Shown piece after piece: positions 29,878-38,669 of a stretch of 46,806 bases of DNA. The notes under the pieces are model-generated. The model was not told the DNA's origin, made no database searches, and saw nothing but the letters and a program-made list of their open reading frames with translations. Numbering within the stretch: the first letter of the stretch is position 1; the number at the start of each line of letters is the position of its first letter. The stretch is taken from NCBI GenBank assembly GCA_905067555.1, contig CAJHIS010000004.1:1-46806 (forward strand), written 5' to 3'. The position numbers and the translations under genes were made by a program. The stretch comes from Candidatus Argoarchaeum ethanivorans. Its GTDB lineage: Archaea > Halobacteriota > Methanosarcinia > Methanosarcinales > EX4572-44.

Positions 29878-30663
29878 GTGTGGACTGTTCTTGCAAACCA
29901 GCCAGCAGACAAACCAGATAATCCAGCCCCCTCGAACGGTGCAACCTCTGTGAGTATATCTACAGACTTGAGTTGGATTGGAGGAGATCCGGAGGGGGAT
30001 TCTGTGGTCTATGATGTGTACTTCGAGAAGGGAGACTCCATACCGGATGTGCTTGTATCGGATGACCAATCGGGAACAATGCACGATCTTGGAACGCTAT
30101 CGTACAGCTCCACGTACTACTGGAAGGTAGTGGCAAAGGATGAGCATGGTTCAGAGACGGAAGGGGATGTTTGGATGTTTACCACACGTTCTGCGCCAAC
30201 GCCGCCACCAACAAACCAGCCACCAACCGTTTCGTTCACATTCTCGCCCTCGTATCCTTTTGTAGGTTATCTCGTAACCTTCAACGGATCCGATTCTTCA
30301 GATCCGGATGGATTCATCACGAGTTACGAATGGAACTTTGGCGATGGAAATACGTCAACAGGAATGGCAGTAACGCATTCGTACTTATCGGCTGGAACTT
30401 ATGCGGTAATGTTGGAAGTAACGGATGACGGTAAGAGAACCGAAACAAAAACGATCGATGTGCAGTACAGAGAACAACCGACACGCGAAGACGTTAATGA
30501 TGACGGCTGCATCACCCCAGCAGACGCTACTATCGCGCTCGAAATCGCAGTCGGCAGCCGCCAGTTCGATGATGCTGCTGACATGAACAGGGACGGCACG
30601 GTCACATCGCTCGACGCTCTGGTGATCCTGCAGGCAGCGGTTGGAGGTATAGCAATTGGTTAA
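29146..30663 (+). CDS. Secreted cohesin - Ig-like - FN3-like - PKD - dockerin protein
   Basis: Same cohesin; P.P.NG...L.W...D..GD...YDVY...TYYWKV; PKD SSDPDG.I.SY.WNFGDG; dockerin DVNDDG.IT.AD...DMNRDG.VTSLD. Confidence 0.85.
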   Translation: MDSRKIKTALVVVFSVFAVTTLLAMAQPTATNLYVEDASGYKNTTISLPVNIVDTQNGVAGIEFELVYNKSVLNLTQIRKGDLFDDSSSMLDKKGEQGDYTILVTGYSLTDGSNGSIVVCDFSITGEPGETSLVNLSNINLYNKMGETGTASANNGTFTVLTPLAPNINSFVPLSPVEDIVGSRRVFNLSVNQTVNVSWRINGTEVQTNTSVTESSYTNASAVIGTWNVSAIVMNQNGTDIQTWVWTVLANQPADKPDNPAPSNGATSVSISTDLSWIGGDPEGDSVVYDVYFEKGDSIPDVLVSDDQSGTMHDLGTLSYSSTYYWKVVAKDEHGSETEGDVWMFTTRSAPTPPPTNQPPTVSFTFSPSYPFVGYLVTFNGSDSSDPDGFITSYEWNFGDGNTSTGMAVTHSYLSAGTYAVMLEVTDDGKRTETKTIDVQYREQPTREDVNDDGCITPADATIALEIAVGSRQFDDAADMNRDGTVTSLDALVILQAAVGGIAIG

Positions 30664-30669
30664 ATTCGA

Positions 30670-30882
30670 GGTACGTGTTTACATGAAGATATAGACGTGC
30701 TGCGTGATTTCAGAGACGAATACCTGATGACAAATCCAATTGGAAGAGCTTTCGTTAAAATGTATTATACCACAAGTCCACCCATTGCCGATGTGATAAG
30801 CGAGAACGAATACTTAAGAATTATTGTGAGAGAGGGGTTAGTTAAACACTTGGTTTATATTTCGAGGCTGTTTGTAGGCTGA
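30670..30882 (+). pseudogene. Orphan CFI-box-CTERM domain remnant lacking its CFIATAAY start
   Basis: GTCLHEDIDVLRDFRDEYLMTNPIGRAFVKMYYTTSPPIADVI...LR..VR; same frame as the upstream gene. Confidence 0.8.
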
Positions 30883-31016
30883 GTGCCTTTGATGAAAAAT
30901 GAGCGAAGAAAAGACAGTACCACAATGCTGCCTAAATATTTATATGTACCATCATACCATCTGTTCATCTTCATCCAGTGCAAGACAGCATAAAGTATAT
31001 AAAAGAGATGTGAAAC

Positions 31017-31496
31017 ATGAAAAAAATGATGGTATTGATATTGTGTTTTGTAATGCTTACAGGTATCGCGAGCGCAGGATATGAACACGAGGAATTGAAG
31101 AAATATGTCGACTACTATAACAAGCATGCTGAGAAAGTCCCGAAATTCTTTAAACCGATCTTCGGGGATCATGAGATTAACGTGCATATATTAAACGACA
31201 ATGATACCGTTTTTGGTGTGCGAACCGATGGAACGTTCGTTTCGGAGTTCAATAAAGAGCCTTTCGAGAAACCAGATATGGACGTGTACGTCAACCAGTC
31301 ACTGATCGATCGGGTGCTTGCGGAAGATCGGTCGGTGACCAGGAGTGCAATCAAGCATGAGCTTGCAAAAGAGGATTCCGGTCTTGCGGCATCTCGCGCT
31401 GCATACAATGAGGCACTGGACACAGGAGATCTCAGGTGCGTGTCGCACAGGATGGGGCTGAAAGTCCGGATGTTTGTCTTGAACTTGTTAATGTGA
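31017..31496 (+). CDS. Secreted hypothetical protein
   Basis: Clear signal peptide MKKMMVLILCFVMLTGIASA; 159-aa ORF. Confidence 0.7.
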   Translation: MKKMMVLILCFVMLTGIASAGYEHEELKKYVDYYNKHAEKVPKFFKPIFGDHEINVHILNDNDTVFGVRTDGTFVSEFNKEPFEKPDMDVYVNQSLIDRVLAEDRSVTRSAIKHELAKEDSGLAASRAAYNEALDTGDLRCVSHRMGLKVRMFVLNLLM

Positions 31497-31508
31497 AATC
31501 ATTCATTT

Positions 31509-32675
31509 ATGCAGCAGTGTAATGATGTTATTGAGATGATACACGAAAGAGTGCTAAAAAGATCAGGGCCAATTCCCATCGCAAGACCAGATATACGAGA
31601 CGAGGAGATAGGTGCTGTTATAGATGTGTTAAGGTCTGGGATGCTTGCACAGGGAAAGGTGGTTGATCAATTTGAGTCAATGTTCTCTGGTTATATTGGT
31701 GTTAAGAATACGATAGCTGTTAGCAGCGGTACGGTTGCTCTGGATCTGGCACTAAAAGCACTGGGAATCGATACCGGAGATGAGGTAATCACAACACCAT
31801 TTACTTTTATATCAACAGCAAATGCGATCCTGTACCAGGGAGCAAAACCCGTATTTGCCGATATCGATGATAGAAGCTTCAACATCGATCCGGGTGATGT
31901 CTTGAATAAAATAACCGGTAAAACAAAAGCGATAATAGGGGTGCATCTCTTTGGCCACCCGTTCGATCTTGAAGCTATCCAGGAGATCTGTGAAGATCAT
32001 AACTTGCTTCTGGTCGAGGACTGTGCACAGGCGCATGGTGCTGAGTATAACAGTGTAAAGGTCGGAGGCTTTGGATTAGCAGGCTGCTTTTCGTTTTATC
32101 CCACAAAGAATATGACCACTGGCGAGGGGGGAATGATAACATCTAATGATGATGAGATTGTAAAGGTGTGTGGCCTCCTCAGAAACCATGGGCAGGATGA
32201 GAAGTATCTCCATACGATGCTTGGATATAATTACAGGATGACAGATATCCAGGCTGCGATTGGCATTGTGCAATTAAAGAAGGTGAATAGATTGAATGAG
32301 ATGAGGATAAAGAATGCAGAATATCTTAATAAACATATAAAAGTGTCAGGTCTCAAATTACCACAGAAAAGAACTGCAGTTAAACATGTTTATCACCAGT
32401 ATGCAGTTACAGTTAACATGGAAAATGGATTTCCATTATCAAGAGATGAGTTTATGACATATTTAAGGAAGAAAAATATTGGATGTGCTGTTCATTATCC
32501 ACGTCCAGTCCATAAACAGCCGTTGTACCAGGGGTTGGGTTACACAGATAAAGAGGTTAACTGCCCTGTTGCAACCAAGACATCAACCCAAATTTTAAGC
32601 CTGCCAATTCATCCAGCATTGAGCAGAGAAGACCTGACGTATATCGCAGAGACAGTGAACTCGGTGGGTGAATAA
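31509..32675 (+). CDS. DegT-family sugar aminotransferase (WbpE-like)
   Basis: SSGTVAL, EDCAQAHGA, SFYPTKNMTTGEGG, GYNYRMTD. True start may be a downstream Met. Confidence 0.9.
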   Translation: MQQCNDVIEMIHERVLKRSGPIPIARPDIRDEEIGAVIDVLRSGMLAQGKVVDQFESMFSGYIGVKNTIAVSSGTVALDLALKALGIDTGDEVITTPFTFISTANAILYQGAKPVFADIDDRSFNIDPGDVLNKITGKTKAIIGVHLFGHPFDLEAIQEICEDHNLLLVEDCAQAHGAEYNSVKVGGFGLAGCFSFYPTKNMTTGEGGMITSNDDEIVKVCGLLRNHGQDEKYLHTMLGYNYRMTDIQAAIGIVQLKKVNRLNEMRIKNAEYLNKHIKVSGLKLPQKRTAVKHVYHQYAVTVNMENGFPLSRDEFMTYLRKKNIGCAVHYPRPVHKQPLYQGLGYTDKEVNCPVATKTSTQILSLPIHPALSREDLTYIAETVNSVGE

Positions 32676-32677
32676 AG

Positions 32678-33595
32678 ATGAAAGTTGGTGTTATCGGTAC
32701 TGGTGTGATGGGGACCAATCATATCAGGGTCTATTCAGAACTTAAAGATGTTGATAAAGTCTATGCCTTTGATACCAATAAGGAGAGTGCATCGGTTGTC
32801 AAGGCAGATGGTTTAATCGTCTGTGATTCCGTGGAAGAACTGCTGGATATGGTCGATGCGGTGAGTATCTGTGTCCCAACAAGATATCATTTTGATCTTA
32901 CCAAAAGAGTGATTGAAGAAGGTGTTTCATGCCTGATAGAGAAGCCAATGACATTAACCGTGGAGGAGGGAGAAAAACTGGTGGAGTTGCTGGATAATAG
33001 TGATGTAATAGCTGGAGTTGGACATATTGAGCGGTTCAATCCAATTATAGGAGTTATTGAGAGTATAATTAAAAAACCACTCTATGTTGAGATGAAACGA
33101 CATAATCCCGTATCTGCAAGAATGACTGATAGTACTGTAGTCGAAGACTTGATGATCCATGACATTGATATACTCTTCAATCTTATATTTCATAGTGATT
33201 ATGAAATTGTAAGTGCAGGAAATGCTGATCTGTGTATGGCATTAATCAAATTTGGTCAAGCCGTTGTTGCAGTCTCTGCAAGCAGGAAAGCTTCCAAGAA
33301 GATCAGGTCAATATATATCGAGGAAGAGGATTTTACTATCGAGGGAGATTTCATGAATCAGGATGTGTACATCTATAAAAAGCCTGGAAAGTATAGCATA
33401 GAAAATGGCTGGAGATACAGACAGGAGAACATTATCGAGAAAGTCATGGTAAACAAGACAGAACCACTGAGAGATGAGTTAAAGACATTTATAAGATGTG
33501 TTAAGGGCGGCGAGGAGTTCACAGTTACACCCGCCCAGGCACTGAAAAACTTAAGAATATGTGAGAAGATAAACAGGTTAAATGGCATTCTTTAA
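32678..33595 (+). CDS. Gfo/Idh/MocA oxidoreductase (WbpB-like)
   Basis: VIGTGVMG..H, EKP, VGHIERFNP, DLMIHDID. Confidence 0.9.
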   Translation: MKVGVIGTGVMGTNHIRVYSELKDVDKVYAFDTNKESASVVKADGLIVCDSVEELLDMVDAVSICVPTRYHFDLTKRVIEEGVSCLIEKPMTLTVEEGEKLVELLDNSDVIAGVGHIERFNPIIGVIESIIKKPLYVEMKRHNPVSARMTDSTVVEDLMIHDIDILFNLIFHSDYEIVSAGNADLCMALIKFGQAVVAVSASRKASKKIRSIYIEEEDFTIEGDFMNQDVYIYKKPGKYSIENGWRYRQENIIEKVMVNKTEPLRDELKTFIRCVKGGEEFTVTPAQALKNLRICEKINRLNGIL

Positions 33596-34067
33596 AGACC
33601 CTACAGCAATCGTTGAGAGTAAGAAAATAGGAGAAGGGACAAAGATATGGCACTTTGTACACGTGAGAGATGGCGCAGAGATCGGGTGTGATTGTGTGAT
33701 TGGGAAGAGTGTGTATATCGATGCAGACGTTATGATAGGGGATCGTGTGAAGATTCAGAATTTCGTCTCGGTGTATAGGGGTGTGCAGATAGAAGATGAT
33801 GTTTTTATTGGGCCCTCTGTGACATTTACGAACGATCTATATCCAAGGGCAGATAGCTGGGATACATGCAAGATAATCCCTACCATGGTTAAGCGTGGTG
33901 CATCGATTGGTGCCAATTCAACTATCGTCTGCGGTATTACAATCGAGGAGTGTGCAATGATAGGAGCAGGTTCTGTTGTCACGAGAGATGTCCCACCTTT
34001 CACGCTGGTCTATGGAAATCCTGCCAAGGTGCAGGGACGCGTTGAGAGAGATGGGGTGAAAGTATGA
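33582..34067 (+). CDS. Hexapeptide-repeat N-acetyltransferase (WbpD-like)
   Basis: IGEGTKIWHF, VKIQN.VS, FIGPSVTFTND.YPR, GASIGANSTI. Confidence 0.92.
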   Translation: MAFFKDPTAIVESKKIGEGTKIWHFVHVRDGAEIGCDCVIGKSVYIDADVMIGDRVKIQNFVSVYRGVQIEDDVFIGPSVTFTNDLYPRADSWDTCKIIPTMVKRGASIGANSTIVCGITIEECAMIGAGSVVTRDVPPFTLVYGNPAKVQGRVERDGVKV

Positions 34068-35245
34068 GAATTGCAGTGATCGGTTTAGGCAAAGCAGGAC
34101 TCCCGCTCGCAGGTGTTATTGCAGAGCGCGGCTTTGATGTTATCGGAGTAGATATCGACGAGAGAAGATGTGAGGCTATCAACAGTGGGGAGAACCCAAT
34201 TCCTGAAGAGACTGGGCTGGGTGATCTGATCAGGAATCGCGGTGGTAAAGAACTGTTTGCAACAACAAGATATGAGGGTGCAAGGAAATGCAACGTCTTT
34301 ATCATCATAGTCCCGTTATTCATCGATGAAGACCGGAATCCTGATTTCAGGATTTTGGAGGGCGCTTTCAGAAGTGTTGGTAAAATACTAAAGAAGCATG
34401 ATGTTGTGGTTCTGGAGACAACTGTTCCGCCGATGACAACCGAGAAACTTGCGAGGATGTGGCTCGAGGAAGCTAGTGGGCTGTCACTTGAATCAGGTGA
34501 ATTCTACCTTGCACATTCACCCGAGCGAATAATGACTGGTTTCAGTATCTCACGGCTCAAAAAATTTCCAAAGATCGTTGGTGGTGTGAATAGGGAGAGT
34601 GGGGTTAAGGCGTTTGATGTGTATAAGGAATTTATACCGAGTTTGCACATGGTTTCATCTGCGAAGGTTGCAGAGTTTGTGAAAGTTATTGAGGGTTGTT
34701 ACAGGGATGTCAACATAGCACTTGCCAATGAGTTATTTAAGATAGCAAATGAGATCAACATCGATTTTTTGGAGGCGAGAAAATATGCAAATCATGAGTA
34801 CTGCAATATTCATTTACCATCGACAGGCGTTGGAGGGCACTGTATCCCATTATATCCCTGGTTTCTCATAAAAGAGATGGAGAAAAGGGAAAAATATGAT
34901 TACTCAACCCTTTTGAGAACTTCAAGAGTGTTAAACGACCAGATGATTAACTATTGGGCTGAGAAAATCGTTCTGGCGTGTATGAAGATAAAAAAACCCT
35001 TAGCAGATATAGAAATCTGTATCAGCGGGATAACATTCAGAGATGGTGTGAAAGAGCTGTATCACAGCAGAAATCTCGCTTTAGCAAAAGCTTTGATGGA
35101 TAAAGGTCTTAACGTTCAAGTCTCGGATGAACTTTTCACAAGAGATGAGATCGAGGGTATGGGATTGAAATTTGGCAACGCAAAGGAAGCAGATATTGTA
35201 TTCGATTCTTTCAAGCTTGAGATAACAACGAAGGGGGGAATTTGA
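34064..35245 (+). CDS. Nucleotide-sugar 6-dehydrogenase (WbpA/WecC-like)
   Basis: GLGKAGLP, ETTVPP.TT, SPER, YRDVNIALANE, GVGGHCIP. Confidence 0.92.
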   Translation: MRIAVIGLGKAGLPLAGVIAERGFDVIGVDIDERRCEAINSGENPIPEETGLGDLIRNRGGKELFATTRYEGARKCNVFIIIVPLFIDEDRNPDFRILEGAFRSVGKILKKHDVVVLETTVPPMTTEKLARMWLEEASGLSLESGEFYLAHSPERIMTGFSISRLKKFPKIVGGVNRESGVKAFDVYKEFIPSLHMVSSAKVAEFVKVIEGCYRDVNIALANELFKIANEINIDFLEARKYANHEYCNIHLPSTGVGGHCIPLYPWFLIKEMEKREKYDYSTLLRTSRVLNDQMINYWAEKIVLACMKIKKPLADIEICISGITFRDGVKELYHSRNLALAKALMDKGLNVQVSDELFTRDEIEGMGLKFGNAKEADIVFDSFKLEITTKGGI

Positions 35246-35246
35246 A

Positions 35247-35432
35247 ATGCAGGCGGTTATACTTGCAGCAGGAGAGAAGCAGCGACTTGAGCCTTTCACA
35301 GCAACAAAGCCAAAAGTGATAATAAATGTTGCAAATGGGCCAATTCCGGAGTATGTTGTGAACACGCTAAAAAGGATCGGATGTGCGATAGACAAGCCGA
35401 AGAACTTTACAAAGAGTGTTACTGTTGAATAG
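35247..35432 (+). pseudogene. N-terminal fragment of a sugar-phosphate nucleotidyltransferase (GlmU-like)
   Basis: MQAVILAAGEKQRLEPFT.TKPKVII.VAN.PI.EYV; stops after 61 aa. Confidence 0.8.
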
Positions 35433-35444
35433 GAGTAGATAATA

Positions 35445-36449
35445 ATGAAAGAGATTGAGCTGATCGCAGTTATGGTAATGCTGGTAGCATCTTTTATAAT
35501 GGCAATGGTATCAACGCCTCGACTAATACGGAAGTTAAAAGAGAGGGGAGAAGTTGTAACCGACTACTACAAGTGCAATCACAATGAGGTTCCAACAAAA
35601 GGGGGCATCCTGATTCTTGGTGTTGTCTTCACGATTCTTGCCATCGTAACTTTCATCGAACACTTCCAAGCTTTCGATCTCCCGGTTCATATCACCGGTG
35701 CTGATTGGGCGATTATAACTGTTGCGGGTCTTTTTGGGGCATTCGGACTGGTTGATGACTTTGTAGATGTTGGAAGACCACTAAAAATAATCCTTCTCTT
35801 CTTTTTCTCCTTTCGGCTGATCTTTGAGATAGGATCAACAATGATCACGCTCCCATTCATTGGAAGCTTTGACGCTGGTATTTTTTATCTTTTTCTAATC
35901 ACTCCCCTTTATGTGCTGGTAACAGCAAACCTCACAAACATGCACTCAGGGTTCAATGGTCTGGCGTCCGGACTCTCTACGATTGTTATCGCATGTTTAC
36001 TTATCAAATTCATTATGGCAGGATGTGCCGGCGTTCTAACAATTGGCTGTTTGTTTGGGGCTACTTTGGGCTTTTTATGGTATAACAGGTATCCAGCTCA
36101 AATATTTTGGGCAAATGTGGGCTCTTTATCCATAGGTGCTGCTATTGGTGCTGCTATTGTGGTTTCAGGCTTTCTGGTATCTGGTTTTATTATGCTGATA
36201 CCACATACGATCAATTTCCTGATGTATGCTTACTGGAGGGTAATGCACAAGCTTCATCCAGAGGATAAACGGTGGAGGCTGGTGAAGTTCGGGAAGGTTC
36301 GGGAAGATGGAACACTTGAAGTTCCAAATCGTCTTACATTGAAATGGGTACCGCCATACTACTTCAAAATGACTGAAAAGCATGCAGTTATTGCAATGTA
36401 TATGGTAACAACAATCTTTTGTGTTGTAGCGTTGTTTGTACCTTATTAG
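35445..36449 (+). CDS. Polyprenyl-phosphate GlcNAc-1-phosphate transferase (MraY/WecA/AglH family)
   Basis: D.YK...VPT.GG, GLVDD, ANLTNMHSGFNGL, YNRYPAQIF.ANVGSL.IG. Confidence 0.88.
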   Translation: MKEIELIAVMVMLVASFIMAMVSTPRLIRKLKERGEVVTDYYKCNHNEVPTKGGILILGVVFTILAIVTFIEHFQAFDLPVHITGADWAIITVAGLFGAFGLVDDFVDVGRPLKIILLFFFSFRLIFEIGSTMITLPFIGSFDAGIFYLFLITPLYVLVTANLTNMHSGFNGLASGLSTIVIACLLIKFIMAGCAGVLTIGCLFGATLGFLWYNRYPAQIFWANVGSLSIGAAIGAAIVVSGFLVSGFIMLIPHTINFLMYAYWRVMHKLHPEDKRWRLVKFGKVREDGTLEVPNRLTLKWVPPYYFKMTEKHAVIAMYMVTTIFCVVALFVPY

Positions 36450-36995
36450 AGGTGATCGTTGACAAGCACTCTTTTGAGAGGTATCCTATTTTGAATTTGA
36501 CTTACAGGCAAAGAAAACGTTTGATGATGCGAAAAAAAATGTTCATAATACCATATCTGCACAACAGAAATAAAAATCTGCTCGATTCCATGTACGAGTT
36601 CTTCATGGAAACATGTCTGCACAGTAGTCTCGTTTTCGGAGGTATCTTTTCTGATTGACATCTTGCAGGAGATTAAAGTCGGATTCTTTTAAGTCAAAGA
36701 AGTTATTTTACGAAAACCATGCACTGCCTATGGAAAGAGCAATATCCAAAAGATGGATAAATGGAGATCAGAAAAGAGATAATCAGGATAATTTCTACGT
36801 TAGAGACCTCGATGAAAAAGCACGGAACAGATCATGATTTTGCGAGACTCGAATGGAGGATAGATGGAACTCAAAAACCGTAATGCTGTTAAATTCATTC
36901 AGAGGACTGCTGGAAAAGTAACACTCTTTGCAGAATTGACAGGAAGAGGAATACAGGTTCATGACAACAACAATCACGTTGAAAATCCCATGCAA

Positions 36996-37832
36996 TCAGA
37001 AGAAACCCCATTTACCTGTGCAGACCACATACACAAGCAGCAGAAGGTTTGCGGTTGCATGTGCGGCCACGCATGAAGACAGGTTCTTTGTTCTGTACAG
37101 CAGCAAATTCAAAAGCACCGCTGTCAGTATGCCAGGAAGCCACCTGAAATGCGAGAAACCAAAGAACAGTGTCACGATAATGAATGATCCAAGCGTGTAC
37201 GCGCCGATCGGCACAGCCTGCCATTTCGAATCAATCAAATACCGCATCAGAAACGACCGGCAGAAGAGTTCTTCGACAAACGGTGCAACAAGCACGCTGC
37301 CTGCGAATCTAACGAGGATCAGGAATCCAAACGCGGCTGTATCGAATATGGTTGGATCATAATGGACGTCTGCGGAAGAGAACATGGGATAGATCCCTTC
37401 CAATCCAACCCACAGGAGAAATATGACCACTCCAATGAGAATCGAGATGCCATCAAGCCGCCTGCTGGCAAGTTCCGTGTACATGCTCCGGTATCTGATC
37501 AGGATGTAGCCGACAGCAACGGTTCGCAGGCAGTAGGTAATGTAGATGTGGTAGTCCTCAAAACCCGGGAGTAGTGTGCGTGTCAGATCACCCATCACGA
37601 GATAAATCGCAAACGGGAAGACATAACTCCATGCGCCGTCAAGATGCCAGACCTTATCGAGGAGTTTGTAACGCGCGTGGCTACGCTGGACTATAAAGTA
37701 GAGCGGGATTACCAAGAGGAGAGCGATGATGGATAAAGCCGGGTGAATATAAGAACAAATGTAAGCGAGCGCTATGCTTGTGAGTGTGGCAACCGATGTT
37801 GTATTCAGGCGTTTGTCGAGAGAAATCATCAA
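36996..37832 (-). CDS. CAAX prenyl protease-related (CPBP/Abi) protein, resembling the PEP-CTERM-system-associated type
   Basis: PFAIY, PFVEELFCRSFLMRYL, FGFSH..W, CVAAHATAN. Confidence 0.85.
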   Translation of the reverse strand: MMISLDKRLNTTSVATLTSIALAYICSYIHPALSIIALLLVIPLYFIVQRSHARYKLLDKVWHLDGAWSYVFPFAIYLVMGDLTRTLLPGFEDYHIYITYCLRTVAVGYILIRYRSMYTELASRRLDGISILIGVVIFLLWVGLEGIYPMFSSADVHYDPTIFDTAAFGFLILVRFAGSVLVAPFVEELFCRSFLMRYLIDSKWQAVPIGAYTLGSFIIVTLFFGFSHFRWLPGILTAVLLNLLLYRTKNLSSCVAAHATANLLLLVYVVCTGKWGFF

Positions 37833-37886
37833 TTATTATGTGGGAAAAAAGAAAAGTGGAGGGGAACTATGGTTTGTTTCCCGAGT

Positions 37887-38384
37887 TTACTTCTTCTGCT
37901 TTCTGCGGCAGAGTGCAAAGAATCCGAGAATCGCGATGACAGGGATTGCGATTGTGGTGAATTCCGGGATAGGTACGTCGACCGTCGCTGAAACACGCTC
38001 GGAAGTGATGGCATCAGTGGGGTTTGAGTTTGCGCTCCCTCCCTTAAACAACCAAACCGTCCATTCGCCAGTAGTATTGGTCGCGCCCGAAGACACTACG
38101 TTGAAATACTCTGTATGCGGAGGGCTGTTCTTATTTGCAAGCCAGATCGTACTGTTAAAATAGCTATCACCATTCGCATAGCTTGTCCCTGGTTCATAAT
38201 ACCTGAATTGATAATACTTATCCCCGTTAAACGAAAAGTCCCAAGCTGTAGCATTGATGCATTCGCCTTCCATCGTAGCACTCATATTCTCAGCAGGAGG
38301 GGCCACCGTTGTCCCCGTCATCACGGTGAATACTGCCATACTCAACACAAAGACCATTGCTATTTTTTCTTTATATCTATTCAT
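37887..38384 (-). CDS. PEF-CTERM surface protein 4
   Basis: Leader nearly identical to the 7559 gene; C-terminal PIPEFTTIAIPVIAILGFFALCRRKQKK. Confidence 0.92.
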   Translation of the reverse strand: MNRYKEKIAMVFVLSMAVFTVMTGTTVAPPAENMSATMEGECINATAWDFSFNGDKYYQFRYYEPGTSYANGDSYFNSTIWLANKNSPPHTEYFNVVSSGATNTTGEWTVWLFKGGSANSNPTDAITSERVSATVDVPIPEFTTIAIPVIAILGFFALCRRKQKK

Positions 38385-38580
38385 TCAAAGTTGACCTCCA
38401 AATTGTTAATAAACTACACTATGTTTCGATTCAATAGAAGAGGTTGAGAACGAGAGGTTAGTAATTATAATTCGAACCTATGGTACGTACTTATGGTACT
38501 GATACGTTGTTGGAAAAATTACTCTGGCGTTTTGGATATAATAGAAGTTGTAGCTCATAGAGGGTCTGGTGGACTCCTCA
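38319..38580 (-). repeat. 262-bp inverted repeat copy 2
   Basis: See 7363-7624. Confidence 0.95.
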
Positions 38581-38669
38581 ATCTTTGTTGATTTGATTCC
38601 GTTACTATCATACAGTTCCACTGTCTTGGGTTGGTTTAAATCGCGAGATTTAATTTTTTTCTCCCAAGT

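Noticed and set aside
36134-36158. 12-bp tandem repeat GGTGCTGCTATT x2
   Set aside because: Encodes an ordinary GAAIGAAI transmembrane segment; no further significance evident.
36419-36995. Several short ORFs between the GlcNAc-1-P transferase and the CAAX protease
   Set aside because: Fragmentary, in different frames and with no recognisable family. Possibly decayed DNA, but unsupported.
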